A DNA stretch of 64,000 nt from Thermoplasmatota archaeon (lineage in GTDB: Archaea > Thermoplasmatota > Thermoplasmata > UBA10834): assembly GCA_040751795.1 (NCBI GenBank), contig JBFMHR010000002.1, positions 224,001 to 288,000 on the forward strand, in the 5' to 3' direction. Positions 1 through 8,803 of this stretch are shown here, one piece after another. Below the pieces are notes generated by a model. That model saw only the letters and a list, made by a program, of their open reading frames with translations, was not told the origin of the DNA and searched no databases. How positions within the stretch are numbered: position 1 is the stretch's first letter; every line of letters begins with the position of its first letter. A program made the position numbers and the translations under genes.

Positions 1-2
1 CC

Positions 3-1109
3 GACATCGTCTCCTTCCCCGAGGACGGCTACCTCAACGGCACCATCGACCTGGACGCGCTGTTCTTCGACCCGGACGACTCGGACCTCACCTACGTCGT
101 CGAGTTCGTCGGCGGGGGCGGCGACCTGAAGGTCGCGATATATGAGGACGGTTCCGTGAACTTCTCCGCCGCGGCCAACTGGTCCGGCTATCAGGTCGTG
201 AAGTTCATATGCAACGACACCCACCATGCCCGGGCCTTCTGGAGCCTCATGGTCGTCGTGACCCCGGTCAACGACGCGCCAGTCGTCGAGCAGATCCGGG
301 ACAGGACATTCGTCGGGTGGCCGGGCAGCTTCCAGCTGTTCATCATGCAGTACGTGTGGGACAGGGAGACGCCCTTCCTGGACCTGGACATCTTCGCGAC
401 CCCGGACACGCAGGTCTCGGCGGTCGGAAGGTACCTCTTCGTCAGCATGCAGGAGGGCCAGGACGAGATAGCCATCACCCTCTACGTCGAGGACGCCGAG
501 GGCGCGCGCTCCGAGACCGTCACGTTCACAGTCAAGCTGGAGAAGACCACCGCCGACGCCATCGGCTACCCATACACCTTCCCGCTGGTCCTCCTCGCTG
601 CCGCGGTCGCCGGCTACTTCATCGCGAGCAGGCTCCCGAGACCCTACTCCCTCGAGAACCTCTTCCTGATACACAACGACGGAAGGCTCGTGGCCCACGT
701 GACCAGGGAGGAGAACACCAGCATAGACAAGGACGTGGTGAGCGCCATGTTCACCGCGGTCCAGGAGTTCGTGCGCGACTCCTTCCAGGCCGGCGAGGTC
801 GGCCTCAAGAAGCTCGAGATAGGCGACAAGAACGTCCTCATCGAGAAGGGCAAGTCCGTCTACGTTGCGATGATCTACTCCGGCTGGCCGCCGAAGGACG
901 TCTTCGGCAACATCCCGATGCTCCTCAGGGACATCGAGGAGCGCTACGGCGAGAGGATCGAGCACTGGAACGGGACGATGAAGACGGTGAAGGGCGTCGA
1001 GGGCATGCTGCAGAAGTTCATGTCGAAGGAGTTCAGGCCCGGCTCGTGGACCGCCGAGGAGGAGATCCGCGAGGAGGAGTGGGTGGACATCCTCTCCAAG
1101 GAGAGCTGA
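3..1109 (+). CDS. 3' part of a large surface protein: cadherin/Ig-like repeats, TM helix, cytoplasmic longin/roadblock-like domain (5'-partial)
   Basis: Frame open from base 3 (DIVSFPEDG..DLDALFFDPD..VTPVNDAP repeat motifs); TM YPYTFPLVLLAAAVAGYFIA; C-terminal FLIHNDGRLV..D.DVVSAMFTAVQEFVRDSF domain. Confidence 0.75.
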   Translation, partial: DIVSFPEDGYLNGTIDLDALFFDPDDSDLTYVVEFVGGGGDLKVAIYEDGSVNFSAAANWSGYQVVKFICNDTHHARAFWSLMVVVTPVNDAPVVEQIRDRTFVGWPGSFQLFIMQYVWDRETPFLDLDIFATPDTQVSAVGRYLFVSMQEGQDEIAITLYVEDAEGARSETVTFTVKLEKTTADAIGYPYTFPLVLLAAAVAGYFIASRLPRPYSLENLFLIHNDGRLVAHVTREENTSIDKDVVSAMFTAVQEFVRDSFQAGEVGLKKLEIGDKNVLIEKGKSVYVAMIYSGWPPKDVFGNIPMLLRDIEERYGERIEHWNGTMKTVKGVEGMLQKFMSKEFRPGSWTAEEEIREEEWVDILSKES

Positions 1110-1123
1110 GCCGGACCGGCCCC

Positions 1124-2812
1124 TCACTTCGCGGCTTCCCTCAGTGCGAAGTCGACCAGCCTCTCCCTCGGCTCCCCGAGCTCGACCCCGTACTCCTCCC
1201 TCAGACGCATGGCGATCTCGCGCCTCATGAAGGGGATCGGGAGGCACCCCGCATAGAGCAGCGTGTCGTGGAAGAGCTTCATGGAGAACCGGTCGCCGGT
1301 GGCGCGCCTCACGTCCTCGAGCAGCTGCAGCAGGGCGAGCTTCCCGATGAAGTACGACAGGTAGTAGGTGGGGCAGTAGGTGTAGCTCCTCGCCTCGCTG
1401 AGGGCGGCGTCCCTCTGCATGCTCGTCTCCCGCACGAGCATCTCGGCGACCTCGTCCGGCGTGGTCTCCCCCCTGGACAGCTTCACGTCCGCTATCACCC
1501 TGACGACCCTGAACATGAGGTCGCTCAGCTGGGCGAGCCTCCCCTCAGGGGTGTCGTTGAACCCCTGGTCCAGCATGAGCTCCTCGCAGTAGAGCGCCCA
1601 GCCCTCGCCGAAGTCCATCGAGTTGCTGAGCACGCGCACGAACGACGGGTGGGTGTTGGCGCATATCCCCTGCAGGTGGTGGCCAGGGTACCCCTCGTGG
1701 ACGGCCGTGTTGGATATCAGCGGGTAGCAGTGGTCCCTGAGTATCTCCTTGTTGTCGCTGGGCGTGACGAGGAACATGCCCGTCCGGGCCCCCGTGAACT
1801 TGCCGGGCTCGAACTGCGCCGCGAAGGGGGCCACGTGGCGCATGAAGGTCGGGGTCTCAATCACCCTGAGCTTCTCGCCGTCGGGCACCGTGGCGAGGTC
1901 CTTCCTGACCAGGAAGTCCCTGGCCCTCTGTATGTCCCTCCTGTAGCAGGCGAGGACCTCGTCGAAGTCGACCGGGTGCATGGACTTCATCAGGTGCAGC
2001 GCCTCGTCGACCGAGCCGGACCTCACCATCCTCCCCGCCGTCAGGGCCATGCGGTCCCTGGTCCTCGCCAGGTGGGCGGATCCGACCTCCAGGGCCTCGT
2101 CTGGGGTGATGTCGAACCCCTTGAGCCTCATGTAGCGCTCGAAGACGTCGGCGGCCATGTGCGTGTCCGGCCCGGAGCGAGGGAGCACCTCGTCCGCGAG
2201 CCATCGGTTGTACCCGTCCAGCGCTTCCTTGGCGCACCTCGCGGCCGAGGATAGCCTGGCGGTCCTGTCCGTCCTTCCGAACATGGCGGAGGCGTGCTCA
2301 TCGATGGTGTCGATGAACGGCAGGAGGGCCCTGCCGGTCTCGAGCGCGATCTCCGTCCAGAGCCTGCACGGGGCGGTCAACGCCGGCTTCGACCGCTCGA
2401 GGTACTCGGGGACCTTCTCCAGCCTGGAGGTTATCGCGTCTATCCTCTTCTCCAGGGGGCGGTCCTCCCGCGTGAAGAGGAAGAAGAGCGAGCTGCCGAG
2501 GTCCTCCGTGGCCATGGCCATCCTCTCGTGCATTCGGAGCTCCTCTATCTCGAAGATGCGCACCCTGAAGAGGTGGATGGCCAGGTCCCTGTCGATCCTC
2601 TCCTCCTCGGAGAGCTGGCCGTCCTGGAAACCCTGGAACTCCTTCACGACGGCCCTCAGCCTGGCCGCCTGGCGGGCGAACGCCTCGGGCGAGAGGTCCC
2701 TCACGCTGTGGTCGTACCTGTCCCACCCGAGCTGGGTCGCGTGGGCCGGGTCCCAGCCGAGCACTTCGTCTAGCACACGCTCGGTGAACTGAAGGAAGAG
2801 GGTGTTTGCCAC
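1124..2812 (-). CDS. DUF885 family putative metallopeptidase
   Basis: HEGYPGHHLQ, EGWALYCE, PTYYLSYFIG motifs; GTG start at 2812 about 25 nt after TTTTATAT. Confidence 0.85.
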   Translation of the reverse strand: MANTLFLQFTERVLDEVLGWDPAHATQLGWDRYDHSVRDLSPEAFARQAARLRAVVKEFQGFQDGQLSEEERIDRDLAIHLFRVRIFEIEELRMHERMAMATEDLGSSLFFLFTREDRPLEKRIDAITSRLEKVPEYLERSKPALTAPCRLWTEIALETGRALLPFIDTIDEHASAMFGRTDRTARLSSAARCAKEALDGYNRWLADEVLPRSGPDTHMAADVFERYMRLKGFDITPDEALEVGSAHLARTRDRMALTAGRMVRSGSVDEALHLMKSMHPVDFDEVLACYRRDIQRARDFLVRKDLATVPDGEKLRVIETPTFMRHVAPFAAQFEPGKFTGARTGMFLVTPSDNKEILRDHCYPLISNTAVHEGYPGHHLQGICANTHPSFVRVLSNSMDFGEGWALYCEELMLDQGFNDTPEGRLAQLSDLMFRVVRVIADVKLSRGETTPDEVAEMLVRETSMQRDAALSEARSYTYCPTYYLSYFIGKLALLQLLEDVRRATGDRFSMKLFHDTLLYAGCLPIPFMRREIAMRLREEYGVELGEPRERLVDFALREAAK

Positions 2813-2983
2813 TGCGTTTCGAGCGAACGCCTCGCCGCGATATAAAAGTATATATAACTGCGTTAGGCGCGCCGACCTCCGCCCCGCCAGTGGCCAGTGC
2901 CCAGGGCCAGTGGGCCATCGGCGGCCCTGGCGCGCCCCCACCGCAAAGACTTATACCGCCCCCGTCTAATCCCAAAGACCCAG

Positions 2984-5275
2984 ATGTCGAACCAGAGCGG
3001 ACAGTCAGTCACTGTCACACTTCGGCGTGACCTCGGCCTTTTCGACGTGACGATGATAGGCGTGGGCGCCATGATCGGCACGAGCATCTTCGTGCTAATC
3101 GGCGTCACGGCCGGCGAGGTCGGCTCAGCGGTCATGCTCGTGTTCCTGCTGAACGCGTTGGCAACGCTGTTCACCGCGGGGACCTACGCGGAGCTAGGGT
3201 CGACGTTCCCCGAGGCCGGCGGCGGCTACCTGTGGGCCAAGAAGGGGCTGAGGCACCCCGCTGCGTTCCTCTCCGGGTGGATGTCCTGGTTCGGCCACAC
3301 CGTCGCATGCAGCTACTACAGCCTCGGAATGGGCTACGCGATGCTGGCCTTCATGGGCTACTTCCAGATCGACTTCTTCGGCCTCAGCGACGAGATGATC
3401 GTCAAGGCGTTCGCCGCCGTGGCCATACTGGCGTTCCTCGGAGTCAACTACGTGGGCGTGGGAGCGACCGGGAAGGCCGGCTACAGCATCACCCTGGTCC
3501 AGGTCCTGATAGTGACCTTCTTCGTCGCCTTCGCGGTCCTCTACGCGCTGGACCTGAAGGGCGTCCACGTGCTGGAGAACTTCGACCCCCTCATCCCGGA
3601 GGACAAGGGCCTGGCCGACGTGTTCATGGTCATGGGGTTCACGTTCATCGCCTTCGAGGGGTACGAGATAATCGTCCAGTGCGGCGAGGAGGTCAAGAAC
3701 CCCAAGAAGAACGTCCCGAGGGCGATATTCATCTCGGTGGGGGTCGCGGCGCTCCTGTACCTGGGCGTGGCCTTCGCCTGCATCACCAACTTCACCCCAG
3801 AGTGGATCGGCTCCGAGGGCGAGAACGCGGTCATATCGGTCTCGGAGCAGGTGATCCCGTACTTCGGCGCCCCCCTGGTCATATTCGGCAGCGTGCTCTC
3901 GGCCATGGCGGCCCTCAACGCGACCGTCTTCTCCTCGTCCAGGGTGAGCTTCGCCATGGGCCGGGACAGGTCCCTCCCGCGGCTGTTCGGCTCGATCCAC
4001 AGGACCAGGAGGGTCCCGCACAACGCCATACTCGTCACCGGCGCGATCATGCTCTTCATGGCCCTCTTCTTCCCGCTCGAGGTGGTCGTGGCGTCCACCT
4101 CGATCATGTTCCTCCTGCTCTTCACCCTGGCGAACGCGGCCTCCATAAGGCTGAGGCGGAGGCTCACCAAGATAGACATCGGCTACAAGACCCCCCTCTT
4201 CCCCCTCTTCCCCGTCATGGGGATCGTCTGCAGCCTGGCCATCGCCGCGTACCTCTATCTCTTCATGCCCATCGCGTGGTACATCACCGCCATATGGGTC
4301 GCCGTCGGGCTCGCGTTCTCCGCGTTCGCCAAGCCCTCCGAGGAGTACCAGTCCATCGTGGAGAGGAGGAGGGTCCCGCAGAGGCCCCTGTCGAAGGAGC
4401 AGATCGACAGGTACAGGGTCTTCCTCGCCCTCGGCGACCTGGGCGACCTCAGGCTCGTCGAGACCGCGGGCATAATAGCGAGGTACTTCAAGGGCGACCT
4501 GACGGTGAACAACGTGGTCGAGGTGCCGAGGGCGATGCCCCTGGAGGCCATCAGCAAGGACTATGTCGACGAGATCGCCATGGGCCTCAAGAAGGCGGTC
4601 AAGGTCGCCCCGTCAACCGTCTCCGTCAGGCCCGTAGTCTCGGTGTCGTACTACGTCCCGGGGGCGATACTCGACCAGATCAAGCACGAGGCGGCCAACC
4701 TCCTCGTCCTCGGGTGGAAGGGCACCAAGAGGCGCGGCAGGACCATCCTCGGCAGGAACCTGGACGAGGTGGTGAGGCGCGCGCCGTGCGACGTCGCCAT
4801 CATCAAGACGAAGAGGCTGAGCAAGAGCATAGACCGGATACTGGTCGTGTCGGGGAAGTACTTCGAGACGAGGAAGGCGCTCCTCCTCGCCCTCCCGCTC
4901 GCGAGGGAGTACGGCGCCTCCATCGAGATACTGGCCGTGATCACCGAGGACCGTCAGGTCGCCCTCGCGAAGGGCAACGCGGAGCGGCTGAGCAAGGTCT
5001 GCGCCCGCGCCAACGTGAGCCACGAGGTGAGGTACCTGAGGTCCAAGTCCCTCGTGCACGCCGTCCAGCAGGAGACCCCGAAGTTCGACCTCCTCGTGAT
5101 GGGCGCGGGCCCGCAGACCGCCATAGAGAGGACCCTCTTCGGCGCGTCGTTCGACAGGATAATCAGGTCCGTGGACGTGCCCGTCATGATACTGAAGACC
5201 ACGAACGTCGGGAAGACGCCCCAGCCCGGGGCGATGCCCTTCCCGCAGTTCATGCCGCCGGGCAGGACCTCCTAG
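2984..5275 (+). CDS. APC amino-acid permease fused to two universal stress protein (USP) domains
   Basis: LRRDLGLFD..GAMIGTSIF, YAELGSTFPEAGGGY, FIAFEGYE; C-terminal LLVLGWKG..ILGRNLDEVVRRAPCDV. Confidence 0.9.
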   Translation: MSNQSGQSVTVTLRRDLGLFDVTMIGVGAMIGTSIFVLIGVTAGEVGSAVMLVFLLNALATLFTAGTYAELGSTFPEAGGGYLWAKKGLRHPAAFLSGWMSWFGHTVACSYYSLGMGYAMLAFMGYFQIDFFGLSDEMIVKAFAAVAILAFLGVNYVGVGATGKAGYSITLVQVLIVTFFVAFAVLYALDLKGVHVLENFDPLIPEDKGLADVFMVMGFTFIAFEGYEIIVQCGEEVKNPKKNVPRAIFISVGVAALLYLGVAFACITNFTPEWIGSEGENAVISVSEQVIPYFGAPLVIFGSVLSAMAALNATVFSSSRVSFAMGRDRSLPRLFGSIHRTRRVPHNAILVTGAIMLFMALFFPLEVVVASTSIMFLLLFTLANAASIRLRRRLTKIDIGYKTPLFPLFPVMGIVCSLAIAAYLYLFMPIAWYITAIWVAVGLAFSAFAKPSEEYQSIVERRRVPQRPLSKEQIDRYRVFLALGDLGDLRLVETAGIIARYFKGDLTVNNVVEVPRAMPLEAISKDYVDEIAMGLKKAVKVAPSTVSVRPVVSVSYYVPGAILDQIKHEAANLLVLGWKGTKRRGRTILGRNLDEVVRRAPCDVAIIKTKRLSKSIDRILVVSGKYFETRKALLLALPLAREYGASIEILAVITEDRQVALAKGNAERLSKVCARANVSHEVRYLRSKSLVHAVQQETPKFDLLVMGAGPQTAIERTLFGASFDRIIRSVDVPVMILKTTNVGKTPQPGAMPFPQFMPPGRTS

Positions 5276-5727
5276 GCCGCCGCGCCGCCGAAGAGCTCCT
5301 CGAGGGCCTTCCTGGCCGTCCTGGTGAGGTCCATGGCCTTGGCCTCCTCGAAGGTGACCCACTTGATGTCCGTGACCTCCCCGCTGAGCCGCTCCTTGCC
5401 GCCCACGGGCTTCGAGAGGAAGTCGACCAGGACGTAGTGGTACTTCGCCCGTCCCTCCCCGTCCAGGTCCACCATGTCGAACACGTTTATCAGCTCCAGG
5501 ACCTCGACCCTCAGCCCCGTCTCCTCCTCGGTCTCCCTCACGGCGGCCTCGGACAGCTTCTCGCCGACCTCCACGAGGCCGCCCGGGATGCTCCACTTGC
5601 CCGCCCCTGGCTCGAAGGCCCTCCTGATGAGCAGTATCCTGCCGTTCTTGATGGTCACCGTGCCCACGCCCACTAGCGGCGCCTCGGGGTACTCCCGCCT
5701 GGGCCCTCCCTTGTCGTCACCGGTCAT
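5272..5727 (-). CDS. NUDIX hydrolase (ADP-ribose pyrophosphatase-like)
   Basis: Nudix box GGLVEVGEKLSEAAVRETEEETG; YHYVLVDF; ATGA overlap with the upstream gene. Confidence 0.9.
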   Translation of the reverse strand: MTGDDKGGPRREYPEAPLVGVGTVTIKNGRILLIRRAFEPGAGKWSIPGGLVEVGEKLSEAAVRETEEETGLRVEVLELINVFDMVDLDGEGRAKYHYVLVDFLSKPVGGKERLSGEVTDIKWVTFEEAKAMDLTRTARKALEELFGGAAA

Positions 5728-6800
5728 CCAGATGCCCTGCCTCGCCTTCTGCGAAAGTGAATGTACAATGCGACCGACACGGTCGCTGCGGACATTATAA
5801 CTGTCCCGAAAAGCAGGAGGTCCGCCCCCCCGTCGTCGTCCATCAGGAGGAGCCCCCCGAGGAGCGCCTCCGCGACCGCCTCCACCTGGTCCATGGCCAG
5901 GGTCTCGAGCGTGTCCGCGGCCGTGTGGTAGTACGGGTTCACGGGGAAGTCGCGGTCGCCGAGCTCCTCGATCACGAGCATGCTGGGGATGCCGGCGTCC
6001 CAGAAGGAGCCGTGGTCGCTGAACGTGATGTCGGGCTCCACCAGTGCCTCGAGGGAGAGGTCGACCCCGAACGCGTCGACGGCCCCCGCGACCGACCGCG
6101 CGAGGGCGTCCTCGCCGTCGTTGAGGACCAGCACGGCCCTGTTGTCCTCGCCCGCCCTGTACCCGACCATGTCCAGCACCGCGGTGCCGGCGTAGGTGTG
6201 GCCCAGTGCCTCCTCCACCTTCACGAAGTACTCGCTCCCCTTGCACCCCCCGGAGTCGTCGTAGCCGTACTCCTCGGCCCCGAACATGACGAACTTGACC
6301 GTCCACGGCAGGTGGGCCCCGCTCAGGACCCTGGCGATCTCCAGGACCGCCGCCACCCCTGAGGCGTCGTCGTCCGCGCCCGGCGCCGAGAGGTTCTCCG
6401 CGGACGACAGGTCGGACGCCCCCGAGTTCTCGGAGTCGTAGTGGGCCCCGAAGAGGTACATCCCGTCGCCCCCGCTGCCGGGGATGGTCGCGACGACGTT
6501 GGACACCAGCGCGTCGCCGACGGCGAAGTACTGGTGCTCGACCTCCGCGCCGAATCCCTCGAAGGAGCCATGCAGGAACTCGGCCGCCTCCATGGCCGAA
6601 CCGAGGTGGAACTCCCTGGACCCGAAGCCCTGGAGGGCGGCGATGGTGGCGGCCATGTTCCCCTGGTCCAACGAGGCGACGAGCCCGATGTCCTCTGGCT
6701 CGGCGCCCGCGGCGCCGTCCGCCGCCCAGAGGGCGGGCGCAATCAGGGCCGCCACGGCAAGGGCCGCGGCCCAGCCGGCACCGCGTCCGTCAGTCGCCAT
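5724..6800 (-). CDS. M28 family aminopeptidase, secreted with C-terminal membrane anchor
   Basis: Signal peptide; GAHYDS, APGADDDASG, AEEYG, SDHGSF, YHTAAD; C-terminal TM plus RRRR. Confidence 0.9.
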   Translation of the reverse strand: MATDGRGAGWAAALAVAALIAPALWAADGAAGAEPEDIGLVASLDQGNMAATIAALQGFGSREFHLGSAMEAAEFLHGSFEGFGAEVEHQYFAVGDALVSNVVATIPGSGGDGMYLFGAHYDSENSGASDLSSAENLSAPGADDDASGVAAVLEIARVLSGAHLPWTVKFVMFGAEEYGYDDSGGCKGSEYFVKVEEALGHTYAGTAVLDMVGYRAGEDNRAVLVLNDGEDALARSVAGAVDAFGVDLSLEALVEPDITFSDHGSFWDAGIPSMLVIEELGDRDFPVNPYYHTAADTLETLAMDQVEAVAEALLGGLLLMDDDGGADLLLFGTVIMSAATVSVALYIHFRRRRGRASG

Positions 6801-6867
6801 CAGACCAGGGCCTCACGGGCTACCTGAGAGGTCAACCATATAATGCAGGTTTCGCCATACCCGGCGC

Positions 6868-7575
6868 GTGGACCTAGAGTGCGTCTTCAGGAGGGTGGGG
6901 AAGCAGATCTCGGCGGACAGGGTCTCGGCCGAGTTCCACCCGTACAGCGAGCTCAAGCACACCTGGAGGCACAGGCGGGGCACCGTCTTCTTCCGCATTA
7001 GCGACTACATGGACGCGTCCCCGGAGCCGGTCGTCGAGGCCCTCGCCTGGTTCCTCCTATGCCGCGCCTACGGGAAGAGGTGCCCGGACGGCATGGCGGG
7101 GAGGTACCTGGAGCACGCGCGGTCCAGGGAGATGTGGGCGCCCAAGAAGCCGGTCTACATGGGCAGGGCGCGGAACCTGGCCTTCAGGCCCGTGGGCGCC
7201 CACCGCGACCTCGGCGCGGTCTTCGACTACGTCAACTCCTGCTACTTCGGCGGCTCGATAAGGCGCCCCGACCTGGCGTGGGCGAGGGAGTCGCCGTCCG
7301 TGAGGCTGGGGTTCTACTTCGAACCCCTCGACATCCTGGCCGCGAACCGCGCGCTCGACTCGGAGAAGGTGCCCAGGTACGTCCTGGAGTTCGTCATGTA
7401 CCACGAGCTGCTCCACGGGGTCTTGGACGCCAAGGGCACCCCGACCCGGCGACTGCACCACACGAAGGAGTTCAGGGAGAGGGAGCGGCGCTTCTCCATG
7501 TACGACGAGGCGGAGGAGTGGCTGTCGAGGCTGGCCAGGCGGAAGCGGGCCGAGAAGGGTGTCCCCCAGGTGTAA
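6868..7575 (+). CDS. SprT-like / M48-like zinc metalloprotease
   Basis: FDYVNSCYFGG, RLGFY, FVMYHELLH, HHTKEF. Confidence 0.8.
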   Translation: MDLECVFRRVGKQISADRVSAEFHPYSELKHTWRHRRGTVFFRISDYMDASPEPVVEALAWFLLCRAYGKRCPDGMAGRYLEHARSREMWAPKKPVYMGRARNLAFRPVGAHRDLGAVFDYVNSCYFGGSIRRPDLAWARESPSVRLGFYFEPLDILAANRALDSEKVPRYVLEFVMYHELLHGVLDAKGTPTRRLHHTKEFRERERRFSMYDEAEEWLSRLARRKRAEKGVPQV

Positions 7576-7656
7576 CAGCGCGGTTCATGGCATGCGCACG
7601 CACTCTCGCCGCCCTGACCCTCCTGGGGGTTTTTGTGGCACGCCACGTTGTCCCCT

Positions 7657-7773
7657 ACACACGCCTCGGTGTCGCACCGGTGGTTCATAGAGGGACCCAC
7701 TTATGGCGCACTGTCGCCTGGTGTCGGAACACTGCATCATCGGGTCCGCAGCATTTTGTTTCCAGGCACGTGT
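7657..7773 (-). ncRNA. Candidate structured non-coding RNA (element B)
   Basis: No credible CDS; GATATATC at 7791-7798; 10-bp closing stem ACACGUGCCU/AGGCGUGUGU (G-U only on minus strand); GGACCC/GGGUCC multiloop with two hairpins; CGGUG/CACCG hairpin. Confidence 0.35.
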
Positions 7774-7906
7774 GGTTACGAAGCTCCCTGGATATATCGC
7801 TTTCCCCCCCTGGGGGAGGGCCTCGAGGGCACTGGCGCGGCCCGCCTGGCAGGGGCTGGGGCCCCCTCCAATCATTTTTATAGCCTTAAGTCATCTATAA
7901 AAGACG

Positions 7907-8800
7907 ATGGCAGCGCTGATAGGCTGCTCGGGGTGGTCCTACGACGACTGGGTGGGCCGCTTCTACCCGACCGAGCTGGCGAACAGGAAGGGTGAGTGGT
8001 TCGCGTACTACTCAAGGTACTTCCCCACGGTCGAGATCAACTCCACCTTCTACAGGGTCCCCAACGAGTTCATGGTCCGGTCGTGGATCGAGAAGGGGCG
8101 GCAGAGGATGGGCTTCGAGTTCTCGGTGAAGCTGCCCCAGATCGTCACGCACGACTCGATCCTGAAGGACTCCCCCGACACCGCGGCCGCGCAGGCCAGG
8201 AGCTTCGAGGAGATATGCGTGACCCCCCTCGCGGAGGCGGGGCTGCTCGGCGGTGTGCTCATCCAGATGTCCCCGTACTTCAGGCTCGAGGACCGCGGGA
8301 GCCTCGGCAAGCTCAGGGCCCTCTTCCAGATGCTCGGGACGGACAGGTACGACTACGCGGTCGAGTTCAGGCACAGGTCGTGGCTCAACGAGAAGGGGAA
8401 CGAGCTGGCCTCGGACGCCCTGGAGGTCCTCCAGGAGTTCAAGGTCGCCAACACCATAGTCGACGGGCCGGGCTTCCCCATAACCCGCTCCCTTACCGCG
8501 AGGCACGCCTACGTCAGGTTCCACGGGCGGAACTACGACATCTGGTACAGGGAGGAGGACGAGGACGACTTCCGCCTCAACCGGTACGACTACCTGTACA
8601 CGCACGAGCAGCTCTCGGAGTGGGAGCCCCGCCTGGGCGAGATAGTCTCCAACTGCGAGAAGGCCAGGGTGTACTTCAACAACCATGGCAGGTCCAAGGC
8701 GGTGAAGAACGCCTTCCAGATGATGGACATGCTCGGCATACCCCACGAGGCCAGGGACGTCGTGATACAGGACCAGATGACCCTCGGCGGGTTCGAGTGA
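7907..8800 (+). CDS. DUF72 (YecE-like) family protein
   Basis: IGCSGWSY.DW.G.FYP, VEINSTFY, AVEFRHRSW, YVRFHGRN, VYFNN. Confidence 0.9.
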   Translation: MAALIGCSGWSYDDWVGRFYPTELANRKGEWFAYYSRYFPTVEINSTFYRVPNEFMVRSWIEKGRQRMGFEFSVKLPQIVTHDSILKDSPDTAAAQARSFEEICVTPLAEAGLLGGVLIQMSPYFRLEDRGSLGKLRALFQMLGTDRYDYAVEFRHRSWLNEKGNELASDALEVLQEFKVANTIVDGPGFPITRSLTARHAYVRFHGRNYDIWYREEDEDDFRLNRYDYLYTHEQLSEWEPRLGEIVSNCEKARVYFNNHGRSKAVKNAFQMMDMLGIPHEARDVVIQDQMTLGGFE

Positions 8801-8803
8801 CCG

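Noticed and set aside
7695-7725. Fluoride-riboswitch-like GGCGA..CGCCAUAA on the minus strand
   Set aside because: Lacks the GAUGG and (C/U)UGAUG(A/G) core, and no downstream gene lies on that strand
7585-7900. Small Cys-containing ORFs in the SprT-DUF72 gap
   Set aside because: No SD, atypical codon usage, no motif; a structured RNA explains the region better
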